From an uncultured candidate division Zixibacteria bacterium (GTDB lineage Bacteria; Zixibacteria; MSB-5A5; UBA10806; 4484-95), in assembly GCA_963668625.2 (NCBI GenBank), contig CAXXKA010000010.1, forward strand, positions 32,001-96,000: a DNA stretch of 64,000 nucleotides, given 5' to 3'. The translations under genes were made by a program, and so were the position numbers. The notes beneath the pieces are model-generated. The model searched no databases and was not told the origin of the DNA. It was given only the letters and a program-made list of their open reading frames with translations. Below are positions 18,746 through 28,775 of the stretch, in pieces (within the stretch, counting starts at the first letter, position 1; each line of letters starts with the position of its first letter).

Positions 18746-19498
18746 ATGAGAAGGAACCCGCGTCTAGAGAATAAAATCCGGATCGATATACAACTTTGGT
18801 TAGACTCTAAGGGAACCGATTTTATTATTTGCATAAAAGAATTTTGTCAGGGAAACAGGGCTGCATTGAGCCAGGTGTTGGAATTCGTCGATGAACTGGG
18901 CAGAAACGTATTTGTCGGTGATGGTAACACGCTCGATAAAGAGCTTTTGGAAAAACTCGAATATGGAATATTCGACTTGATCGGCAAGTTCAATAGTACT
19001 CCCGGAGGAGAAGCTCTGGAAGAGGCTATCGAAAAAAATATCGTCGAGTATCTGACAGCTATTTTCACTGAAGCTAAAAAAGAATGGAATCTGAATCAAT
19101 ATAAAATTACGGCGTCGTATGAAGAACTCGATCCCAATAACAGCACTATCCCCGCGGACCAGAAACCGGTAGATCAGATTGACTCATCCGAGCAAGTACC
19201 GGAGAGAAAGTATACCCGCAAGGATGCCAGGCTGTTTTTGGATGAGCTGGTGGCTTTTGCCAAAACCAGGCTCAGGGGAGAGAAAAATAAAGTTATCGCT
19301 GTTAAATGGCTGGAAAATCCCGATCGCCAGAAAGACTATAGCTGGCTGGCGACACTCACCGATTCCAGCACGGGAAGTATAAAAGTCACCTTGACTCGCC
19401 TTAAGCAAACCCTGAACAAGAACTATTCATTGAGGTACGTGAATGACAAACTTGTTATGAGCAAGGTGGACATGGTGGCTAAATCGCACCCGACTTAG
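18746..19498 (+). CDS. Divergent sigma-70/ECF-like regulator
   Basis: RBS GGAGG before ATG 18746. C-terminal DYSWLATLTDSSTGSIKVTLTRLKQTL resembles the sigma region-4 HTH; QGNRAALSQVL resembles the ECF N-terminal G....AF..L. Confidence 0.55.
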   Translation: MRRNPRLENKIRIDIQLWLDSKGTDFIICIKEFCQGNRAALSQVLEFVDELGRNVFVGDGNTLDKELLEKLEYGIFDLIGKFNSTPGGEALEEAIEKNIVEYLTAIFTEAKKEWNLNQYKITASYEELDPNNSTIPADQKPVDQIDSSEQVPERKYTRKDARLFLDELVAFAKTRLRGEKNKVIAVKWLENPDRQKDYSWLATLTDSSTGSIKVTLTRLKQTLNKNYSLRYVNDKLVMSKVDMVAKSHPT

Positions 19499-19602
19499 TA
19501 TAAAATATTAGTAAGTAGTAAGTTAGAAAATAATATAGCATTTCTCCGGCAATTACCAGCCTGTCTATTCATAAAACTTTGTGAAAAAAGTAACATTATT
19601 TC

Positions 19603-19631
19603 TTGACAAACTATTTAAATGAGTTTATTTT
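19603..19631 (+). promoter_or_regulatory. Sigma-70 promoter for the leader/TonB operon
   Basis: TTGACA (19603-08), 17-bp spacer, TATTTT (19626-31). Confidence 0.55.
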
Positions 19632-19652
19632 GTTAGGAGAGGCTAATAAAAT
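19627..19652. promoter_or_regulatory. Palindromic operator, DtxR/MntR-like (TTAG-N6-CTAA)
   Basis: ATTTTgTTAG-gagagg-CTAAtAAAAT overlapping the -10/+1 region. Confidence 0.5.
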
Positions 19653-19679
19653 TAGAAATGTAAAACAATAAGGATAGCT

Positions 19680-20042
19680 GTGAACAAGAGTATCTTTGAA
19701 AAACTTGCAGTAATACTGGCGCTCTATACGGTTATTTTTATTTTTTCACTTACCTTCAATCTTCATTTTCATCAATTACCCGATGGTCGCTATGTTATTC
19801 ATAGTCACCCTAACAATGATTCAAATAAAAGCAGCGGGCAAAAGCATGATCATACGAGTCGCGAATATGTCTCGATTGGCCCGGCTAACTCGGTATTTTC
19901 GGCAATCCCTATCTTGACTACTAATATCGTAGCGATATCTATTTATAATGAATTTATTCTTATTGAACATACAATCGAATTTGAAACCACCTCGATGTTT
20001 TTAACTCGTCTCTGGCGTTCTCCTCCTCATGCATCTATCTAA
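19680..20042 (+). CDS. His-rich DUF2946-like leader protein with C-terminal RSPP motif
   Basis: N-terminal TM, HFH..HSHP..HDH cluster, ending WRSPPHASI directly upstream of a TonB receptor. Confidence 0.65.
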   Translation: MNKSIFEKLAVILALYTVIFIFSLTFNLHFHQLPDGRYVIHSHPNNDSNKSSGQKHDHTSREYVSIGPANSVFSAIPILTTNIVAISIYNEFILIEHTIEFETTSMFLTRLWRSPPHASI

Positions 20043-20132
20043 TCGTTTTTCTAATAGTACTAATAAGTAAATAGATGAACCCTGTAAGCAGTTTTCAGTC
20101 ATGAATGAGCTTGCAGAAAACAGGAGGATAAG

Positions 20133-22526
20133 ATGAAAAGCAGAAAATTGCTTTTGTTGTTGATGTGTGTCGTAGTTTTCGGAGTTATCGATGTAAACGC
20201 CGGTCAAATTAGCGGCACGGTACTTGATAAGAATACAGGAGAGGGATTAGCCTGGGCTACTGTTCAAATCGAGGGTACATATAGAGGAGCCCGCACAGAT
20301 GAGCATGGCCATTTCACGATTATGGATGTGCCGGATGGCAAACAGAAGGTTATAGCCTCGATGATAGGCTACACTACAGCCGCCGAGGATATCGCCGTGG
20401 TGGGGGATGTACCAGGGATAGAGTTTACACTCAAAGAAACGCCCCTCGAAACCGGTGATGTCGTGGTGACCGGTACCCGTACACCCAGGTATGTCAAAGA
20501 GGTGCCCGTGCTTACCGAGGTAATCACCAGAAAATCGATTGAGGATAAAGCCGCGCATAACCTGTACGAGGTACTCGATGGCTCACCCGGCGTTAGGGTC
20601 GAGCAGCAATGCCAGGCCTGCAATTTTTGCGTGTTGAGACTTCAGGGGTTGGGAGCTGACCATACCCAGATACTATTGGATGGTCAACCCGTCTACTCCG
20701 GGTTAGCATCCGTATATGGTCTTCAACAGCTTGGTACCGAGGGCGTCGAACAGGTAGAGGTAGTCAAAGGCGCGGGTTCTGCTCTTTACGGCAGTAACGC
20801 TATCGCCGGCGCTATTAATATAGTCTCGGCCATACCGCAGAAAACAGAGGGCAAAGTTGGTCTCGAGATGGGCGAACACGGTACCAACAAGTACAGCCTC
20901 TACGCCGGAACAAAAAAGAACAATGTAAGTATTTCACTTTTCGCTCAGCAGGATCAGGGGAATATCATTGATGAAACCCGTGATGGTAACACCAGAGATG
21001 AGGTATATGAAAGCGATGGAATCAGTGACAGGGTGAGAACCAATAATAAGAACCTCGGATTTAATCTATATGTCGATGATCTCACCGGGACCGATCAACT
21101 TACATTTAAAGGACGGATAATAAGCGAAAACCGTCAGGGCGGAGAAATCACAGATGATCTATTCGAAAATATTTTCTCCGCCGGTACCGAGCGTATCGTT
21201 ACAGACAGGTACAGTGGGGAACTGGGATACTGGAAGCAGTTTGTTTCAGGAACGCAGCTTGAAACCAGTTTATCGTATACACTTCATAAACGAAACGCCA
21301 CCAACGATACATTCCTGGGTGACTATCAGGCTACTCATGATGATGCTCTTCCCCCGGTCAGCGAGTTAAGGCCGTATATAGCGGAGGAGGATCTTTACGT
21401 AGGAAATTTAAACATCATCCACCCGCTGGGCGGCGGCCATCGCTTACTGGCAGGTTTACAGGTTGCGCATAACAATCTCGATGAGTCAGGCAAATATGTC
21501 GTAGTCGATGAAGAGGATGACAATTACGGCGTTTCTTATACGTCCTCGAGCAGCAAGAAAGCCAACGATTTCGGCGTGTATATTCAGGATGAATACAGCG
21601 TTACCGATAAGGTTGAGTTAGTTGGTGGCGTAAGATATGACTATCATAAGTCCGAGGACAGTTTCCATGGTTCCGGCAATGTATATCCTGATGGTGTAGA
21701 GCCGGTCGAGTATGATGAGTCGGCCGTAAATCCCCGGTTCGCATTAAAATTCGATGCTACCAGTGAGCTTACTTTTCGTTTGAATGTCGGTACCGGGTTC
21801 AGGGTACCCTACGGTTTCTCCGAGGATCTCCATCTTTGCAGCGGTTCACCTCGAGTTTATAAAGCCGGTAATTTGAAACCCGAGAAATCCTATAGCTACA
21901 GTGTCAGCGCCGATTATATTATCGACGACATAGACCTGAGTATAAATCTATATCGCACCGAGTTGAAAAACGCCATCTCATTCACGGATGCCGATGAGGA
22001 AGTCACCGCTTTAGGCTATGATTACCAGTGGAAAAATATCGACGATGCTTACGTGATGGGAATAGAGTTAGGCGGCCAGTTCGGTTTAACCAGGAATCTG
22101 GCTTTGATGGCTGACCTGGCATTCAATAAGGGGGAATACGACAATGTCCGCGAGGATTGGGTTGGAACTCAGTATGAGGATGACAGCAAGTATATCTCAC
22201 GCTATCCCAATCTCGATGCCGGTTTAAAATTGGATTTCTCTCCGCGCCAGTGGAATTTCATCGTAGATGCCAACTACAAAGGCAAGATGTACATTGATTA
22301 TTTCGCGGATGGCGAAGAGCCTACCAAAATCAAGAAAACCGAATCTTACGTGATCGTTAACGCAATGATTTCCAAAACATTCTTGGATACCTATAAACTT
22401 TACTTGGGTGCGAAAAATCTTTCCGATTACATTCAGGAAGAGAAACACGCTGATGATGCCGCTTTCATGTATGCTCCCGTATACGGTAGGATAATTTACG
22501 GAGGGGTGCAGGTATTCATCAAATAA
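20133..22526 (+). CDS. TonB-dependent receptor, probably for metal uptake
   Basis: Carboxypeptidase-regulatory-like N-terminus, TonB box VVVTGTRT, plug with CQACNF, VEVVKGAGSALYG..AIAGAINI, EDLHLC. Confidence 0.92.
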   Translation: MKSRKLLLLLMCVVVFGVIDVNAGQISGTVLDKNTGEGLAWATVQIEGTYRGARTDEHGHFTIMDVPDGKQKVIASMIGYTTAAEDIAVVGDVPGIEFTLKETPLETGDVVVTGTRTPRYVKEVPVLTEVITRKSIEDKAAHNLYEVLDGSPGVRVEQQCQACNFCVLRLQGLGADHTQILLDGQPVYSGLASVYGLQQLGTEGVEQVEVVKGAGSALYGSNAIAGAINIVSAIPQKTEGKVGLEMGEHGTNKYSLYAGTKKNNVSISLFAQQDQGNIIDETRDGNTRDEVYESDGISDRVRTNNKNLGFNLYVDDLTGTDQLTFKGRIISENRQGGEITDDLFENIFSAGTERIVTDRYSGELGYWKQFVSGTQLETSLSYTLHKRNATNDTFLGDYQATHDDALPPVSELRPYIAEEDLYVGNLNIIHPLGGGHRLLAGLQVAHNNLDESGKYVVVDEEDDNYGVSYTSSSSKKANDFGVYIQDEYSVTDKVELVGGVRYDYHKSEDSFHGSGNVYPDGVEPVEYDESAVNPRFALKFDATSELTFRLNVGTGFRVPYGFSEDLHLCSGSPRVYKAGNLKPEKSYSYSVSADYIIDDIDLSINLYRTELKNAISFTDADEEVTALGYDYQWKNIDDAYVMGIELGGQFGLTRNLALMADLAFNKGEYDNVREDWVGTQYEDDSKYISRYPNLDAGLKLDFSPRQWNFIVDANYKGKMYIDYFADGEEPTKIKKTESYVIVNAMISKTFLDTYKLYLGAKNLSDYIQEEKHADDAAFMYAPVYGRIIYGGVQVFIK

Positions 22527-22597
22527 TCAGAGTATTCTATCCTCCTGTTATAGAGTGGCAGCCGATTTAAATAACGTCCTCATTGAGTTGGCTGTTT

Positions 22598-22623
22598 CGG
22601 CGGGCATCCTTCAATGCCCGCCG
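22598..22623. terminator. Hairpin terminator between convergent genes
   Basis: CGGCGGGCAT-N6-ATGCCCGCCG followed by TTT. Confidence 0.65.
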
Positions 22624-22630
22624 TTTGAGT

Positions 22631-23185
22631 CTAATCGGTTTCTTGTTGCTCGCGATGTTCCTGACGCCATTTGTACGGCTGAATGAAATCTTTCAGCTTG
22701 GATTTCTTGGCGGTCTCGAATATCACTTTCGCGATTTCAGGGAAGCCGTTATCGCCATAATGCGATATAGTCTCGTAAGCGAGCCCGGCCTTGATCAATT
22801 TTACCGAGAGAAGCTCGCCATCCACGAAAACATGCGCCAGCATGCGGCCATAGCGATCTTCCTGATATGGCGCATAGGCTATCTCATCAGCTTCGTGAAA
22901 AATCTCAGCCGTGAGCGCCGCCGCCTCTCGTCCGTATTTTTGATCCTCGTTGAAACCGTGCTCGGGATGAGATATCTCCGGTGTATCCATGCCCAGCACA
23001 CGAATGCCCATGCCGTCATATACGAATGAGTCGCCGTCATCCAGTTCGATTTTGGATTTGTCCATCACTACAACCTGGATATTTTCGGGCACGAGGTCGA
23101 GATGGGTCGGCTTTCCACAAAAACACAGAATTAATAATAGCAATAGGGTTAGTGTTGCTGCGTATTTGGCGCATGATCTGATCAT
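22631..23185 (-). CDS. Thermonuclease (SNase-like) lipoprotein
   Basis: DGDS, IRVLGMDTPE, DRYGRMLAHV and LIKAGLA motifs; lipoprotein-like N-terminus. Confidence 0.88.
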   Translation of the reverse strand: MIRSCAKYAATLTLLLLLILCFCGKPTHLDLVPENIQVVVMDKSKIELDDGDSFVYDGMGIRVLGMDTPEISHPEHGFNEDQKYGREAAALTAEIFHEADEIAYAPYQEDRYGRMLAHVFVDGELLSVKLIKAGLAYETISHYGDNGFPEIAKVIFETAKKSKLKDFIQPYKWRQEHREQQETD

Positions 23186-23343
23186 ATCGATTACCTCCGG
23201 AAGTTATTAAAATTAACTGATTTTATTCTACAGTCTTTTTGTCAATCCCTTGCCTCTTAAATTTCAGGTCGATACGGATTAAATTTCAACATTACATTAT
23301 AATATTTGTAGAATATTAAATCACCTAAATAAACAACCACATG

Positions 23344-23520
23344 ATACGCATTCGGCGGAGTTTATCCTGCCGACTTCGGTTGGGGTACGTCCCCGCGCCC
23401 CAACTCGTATGCCTGCAAACGAAAGCTGGCAGACGAAGAAGCCAGCCACAAGGACCATGATTTTGAGACAGCCTCGGGACGTGTGCCGCCAACAAAAAGT
23501 CCGGGAAATGTTGAAAAGTC
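23344..23520. repeat. Structured non-coding element (REP/MITE-like or IS-end remnant)
   Basis: Three GC-rich hairpins in AT-rich intergenic DNA, plus TTTTGAGACAGCCTC resembling IS terminal repeats. Confidence 0.4.
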
Positions 23521-23626
23521 AATAAAACGAGTTTCAGCGATATCAAAGACATGTAACCGACGCGAATCGGAAGGTTAAAATACGTTAAACCATCACACCG
23601 GATTAGCCGCTTGGTTATAGTACTGA

Positions 23627-23658
23627 TAAAAAAGGCATCGGCGAAAAACCGATGCCTT
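23627..23658 (-). terminator. gdhA intrinsic terminator
   Basis: AAGGCATCGG-N8-CCGATGCCTT with an A-run on the + strand (U-tail on the - strand). Confidence 0.75.
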
Positions 23659-23689
23659 AAAGGAAATGCTATTATTGGAAAAGATATGC

Positions 23690-25033
<1,344 letters not shown>

Positions 25034-25264
25034 CTATTACTCCTCGGTTGTGTTAGGCCATTGTGTTAAGGCCTTAACTAGTTTTTACTATTAACTTAAG
25101 TTATATTTACAAAAAACATTACCTAACTTATAGTTTAGTATAGTTTTGTTTTTCCTTTTATTAACCACTTGAAGAAAATGCTCCACGGACGTTAGATTTC
25201 AATCAAGTTACTAATTTCACAAGCTTCTAAATGCTGGAAAATACTGATAGGCATTAGCACAGGC

Positions 25265-25283
25265 AATCAGGTAAAACCTGATT
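25265..25283. promoter_or_regulatory. Perfect palindrome upstream of gdhA, candidate NarL/LuxR-type response-regulator site
   Basis: AATCAGGT-AAA-ACCTGATT with no U-tail; degenerate copy at about 25233-25248. Confidence 0.5.
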
Positions 25284-25317
25284 ATCTACTTCGTTTATCC
25301 TTATGGGGGATGGCGGG

Positions 25318-25971
25318 CTAGTTGAGCTGGGTGATTCCCTCACGGATAGCATATTTTGTGAGTTCGGCGATGCTGTGGATATCCAGTTTGTTCATTATCT
25401 GCTTACGATGCGTTTCGATTGTTTTGACGCTAACATTGAGCTTGGCGGCTATCTCCTTGGTTGGCTGGCCCTCTGCCAGTAGCTGTAGCACCTCCCGCTC
25501 TCTGGCGCTAAGTACAGAGAAGGCAGAGGATTCCGAGCTATTAGCGATTTTGATGTAATCGTTTATCACTACCTCGGTGATCTGGTTACCCAGATATATC
25601 TGGTCGTTCATGACAGTATTGATCGCCTCGGATACCTCCTCTATTGGCGAATCTTTCAGTAAGTAGCCTTTAGCTCCGACTTTCAGTGATTCTAATATAA
25701 ACCGGCGGTCAAAATGCATGGACAGGATGATAATTTTCAAGTCGGGAGATTCGGCCAGTATCTTACGGGTTGCCTCGATCCCATTGAGGTCGGGCATTGA
25801 GACATCCATGAGTATAATGTCGGGTATCAGCTTAAGGGCCATCTTTACCGTGGTAAGGCCGTTGTCCGCCTCGCCGATGACCTCGATTCCTTTCTGTTTG
25901 GCTAGTAATGTATTCAAACCATCCCGGAATAACTTATGATCATCAGCTATTAGAACCTTTATACTCATCAC
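25318..25971 (-). CDS. NarL/FixJ-family response regulator
   Basis: REC domain (IADDH, MDVSMP, GYLLK) plus LuxR HTH (LSAREREVL..SVKTIETHR). Confidence 0.95.
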   Translation of the reverse strand: MMSIKVLIADDHKLFRDGLNTLLAKQKGIEVIGEADNGLTTVKMALKLIPDIILMDVSMPDLNGIEATRKILAESPDLKIIILSMHFDRRFILESLKVGAKGYLLKDSPIEEVSEAINTVMNDQIYLGNQITEVVINDYIKIANSSESSAFSVLSAREREVLQLLAEGQPTKEIAAKLNVSVKTIETHRKQIMNKLDIHSIAELTKYAIREGITQLN

Positions 25972-25979
25972 ATCTGTCC

Positions 25980-27185
25980 TTATCTTTTGTATGGCGCCGA
26001 TAAAATCGCCCGCGTTCCCGAATTAGGATGAGAATCGATTTTAAAGCTACCGCCCAGATATGTTAATCTTTCTTTGATATTGAAAAGTCCGAATCCCCAG
26101 TCCTCACTCGAACCGCTTTCTAATGCTCGGCTATCGAACCCCATGCCATCATCATGAACCTCAACGTTTATATATTCGGAATTTAGTGTCAAGATTATCC
26201 GTACGTTTTCCGAATTGGCATGTTTTGCGATATTATTCAATAGCTCTTGTACCGAGGTAAACAGTACTATCTCCAGTTCCTCCTGAAGCTTGATTTCCTC
26301 TATTGCTGAATTCAAGTCGATTAATAATCCATGTTTTTTCGCGAACTGTTCTACGAGCCATTCTAAGGCTAATTGCAGCCCCAACTCGTACAATACCGGC
26401 GGGCTGATCTCAGAGGTGAGATCACGCGTGTACTGTATGGTCTCATCGAGCAAAGCCTTAACCTCATCCACGGTAGTAGCGCTTTCCGAGGATTGCAGTT
26501 CCTTTCCGAGTGTCAGTAGTTTTATTTTCATGAATGCCAGCGACTGTCCTATATAATCGTGAAGCTCCGAGGCAATTTTTCTTCTCTCTCTCGCTTCGGC
26601 CAGGGAGAGCTCGGAGGCTAATTTTTGTAATTGGCGCTGATAATTGGCGATTTTCGCGCGGGCGGTTTCATATTCAGCTATTTTCTCTTGAAGAGCATTA
26701 TTCGTTTCAGATAGTTTGCGGGTTCTTTCGTCTACCAGTTTTTCCAGATTATCCCGCGCCGACTGAAGATCCTTTTCATCCAATTTATGCTGGAAAAACA
26801 ACCTGAGCATTTCTGCCAACGTATTTATAAGCTCTCGCTCCTCGGCTAAAAACGGCCCCTCGAACAGCTCAGGCATGCTACGTAGATAATAGACCTCTAT
26901 ACTGCCTGCCTCGCCAGAATGGAGTGAAAAAACGGCTTTTTGACGCCATTCAGTTTTCTTGAAATTGTTGGTTGTATAGCTATCATCCTGGAATTTTATG
27001 CGAGCCGCCGTATATTCAGGGTACTGCCAGGCATCCTGTAGAAGGTTTACGATACGTATCATCTGAACGCTTATAGAATTGGTATCATCCTGAAGGATAT
27101 TAGCGGTTTTGTGAATCGCCGCCAACTCCTTCATGCGTTCGCCAAGGACTCTAAGTATCTTATGACTTTGAAAATCGTGATCCAT
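25980..27185 (-). CDS. Cytoplasmic HisKA_3 sensor histidine kinase with GAF-like input domain
   Basis: ERRKIASELHD, QELLNNIAKHA, DDGMGF and GFGLFNIKER; no TM segment. Confidence 0.92.
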   Translation of the reverse strand: MDHDFQSHKILRVLGERMKELAAIHKTANILQDDTNSISVQMIRIVNLLQDAWQYPEYTAARIKFQDDSYTTNNFKKTEWRQKAVFSLHSGEAGSIEVYYLRSMPELFEGPFLAEERELINTLAEMLRLFFQHKLDEKDLQSARDNLEKLVDERTRKLSETNNALQEKIAEYETARAKIANYQRQLQKLASELSLAEARERRKIASELHDYIGQSLAFMKIKLLTLGKELQSSESATTVDEVKALLDETIQYTRDLTSEISPPVLYELGLQLALEWLVEQFAKKHGLLIDLNSAIEEIKLQEELEIVLFTSVQELLNNIAKHANSENVRIILTLNSEYINVEVHDDGMGFDSRALESGSSEDWGFGLFNIKERLTYLGGSFKIDSHPNSGTRAILSAPYKR

Positions 27186-27333
27186 ATGGAAATTAATGAC
27201 TCTTTAATATCCTGTTATTATCAATATTCTGAAATGAAAATAGCTAATTTATCGTTCTCAGGCAATAAGATTATTAACTTTGCTATAAGTATTAACCAAT
27301 ATTAGTAAAAAACGAAGTTGAAACTAACTGATC

Positions 27334-27362
27334 TTGACTTAAAATCGCAAAAAACGTATCAT
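27334..27362 (+). promoter_or_regulatory. Sigma-70 promoter of the GDH-like/PEP-synthase-like operon
   Basis: TTGACT, 17-bp spacer, TATCAT. Confidence 0.55.
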
Positions 27363-27476
27363 CTTATTAAGGTTATGGTTGAAAACAAGAGATCACTATA
27401 CCTCAATAATTTATACTCCGATACTATTAAACCTAACCTTTGAAAAGTAAACAAAATACCTGAAAGGATCAACCAT

Positions 27477-28766
27477 ATGAGTCAGAACGGCTATAATCCA
27501 TTCGAGATGGCACAACAGCAGTTCGATAAAGCCGCCGATCTTCTGGAATTAAACGGGGCGGCTCGTAAACTTCTACGTTCCCCGATTAGAGAATATCAGT
27601 TTAATATCCCCGTGCAACTGGATGATGGCAGTATCGATATATATAACGGGTTCCGGGTGCAGCATAATGACGCCCGCGGACCGGCTAAAGGTGGAATACG
27701 TTTTCATCCTGATGAAACGATCGATACGATAAGAGCGCTGGCTATGTGGAATACCTGGAAATGCGCGGTTGTGGATATACCATTAGGCGGTGCAAACGGT
27801 GGTGTGATAGTCGATCCGCATAATTTGAGCATGAGCGAGCAGGAGCGGTTGTGCCGGGGTTGGGTCAGGCAGCTTTCCAAAGACCTCGGGCCGCTGGTGG
27901 ATATTCCCGCGCCTGAGGTGATGACCACCGACCGTCACATGCTATGGATGTTGGATGAATATGAGACTATCAATCATGCCCATTTCCCTGGATTTATCAC
28001 CGGCAAGCCTGTTTTTCTCGGCGGTTCGCTAGGACGCAAAGAGGCGGTTGGTTATGGATTGGTGTTTACTCTTAGAGAGGCATTGAAAGAACTCGAGCTT
28101 GCCCCCGAGAATACCACCGCCAGTATACAGGGGTTCGGCAATGTCGGGCAGCACGCGGCCAAGCTATACGACCAAATCGGGGGGAAGGTGATTTGCGTAT
28201 CCTGCTGGGATCAAGCCGATCAGAGAGCTTACGCCTACAAGAAAGCCGGCGGTATAGACTATACCGAGCTGATAAATATAACCGATCCGTTCGGTTCTAT
28301 CGAAAAAGACGAGGCCGAGAAATTAGGCTATGAGGTGCTCGATGGCGAAGCCTGGCTCGAGCAGGATGTCGATATATTAATACCGGCCGCACTGGAAAAT
28401 TCTATCACGGTGAAAAATGTCGATAGAATCAGCTCACAGGTGAAAATAGTAGCCGAGGGCGCTAACGGACCTGTTACGCCGGAGGTCGATGCGGTGTTCG
28501 ATCAGAATAATATTTATCTTATCCCCGATTTACTGGCAAACGCAGGCGGCGCGACATGCAGCTATTTCGAACAGGTGCAGAGCAATATGAATTACTATTG
28601 GGAAAAGGATGAGGTCTTAAGTAAACTGGATGTCAAGATGACATCGGCCTTTATCGCGGTAAGCGATTTGGCTAATAAACATAAAATATACAACCGGGAC
28701 GCCGCGCATCTGATAGCGATCGATAGAGTCGCACAAGCTTGTCGCTATCGTGGCTGGGTGAACTAG
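27477..28766 (+). CDS. Glu/Leu/Phe/Val dehydrogenase-family protein with degenerate active site
   Basis: ARGPAKGGIRFHP, QGFGNVG and EGANGP are intact, but GGxKGG reads GGANGG and PAPD reads PAPE. Confidence 0.9.
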   Translation: MSQNGYNPFEMAQQQFDKAADLLELNGAARKLLRSPIREYQFNIPVQLDDGSIDIYNGFRVQHNDARGPAKGGIRFHPDETIDTIRALAMWNTWKCAVVDIPLGGANGGVIVDPHNLSMSEQERLCRGWVRQLSKDLGPLVDIPAPEVMTTDRHMLWMLDEYETINHAHFPGFITGKPVFLGGSLGRKEAVGYGLVFTLREALKELELAPENTTASIQGFGNVGQHAAKLYDQIGGKVICVSCWDQADQRAYAYKKAGGIDYTELINITDPFGSIEKDEAEKLGYEVLDGEAWLEQDVDILIPAALENSITVKNVDRISSQVKIVAEGANGPVTPEVDAVFDQNNIYLIPDLLANAGGATCSYFEQVQSNMNYYWEKDEVLSKLDVKMTSAFIAVSDLANKHKIYNRDAAHLIAIDRVAQACRYRGWVN

Positions 28767-28775
28767 AGGGATACT

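Noticed and set aside
22583-23029. 148-aa plus-strand ORF
   Set aside because: Antisense to the thermonuclease, starts at a terminator and has no motifs.
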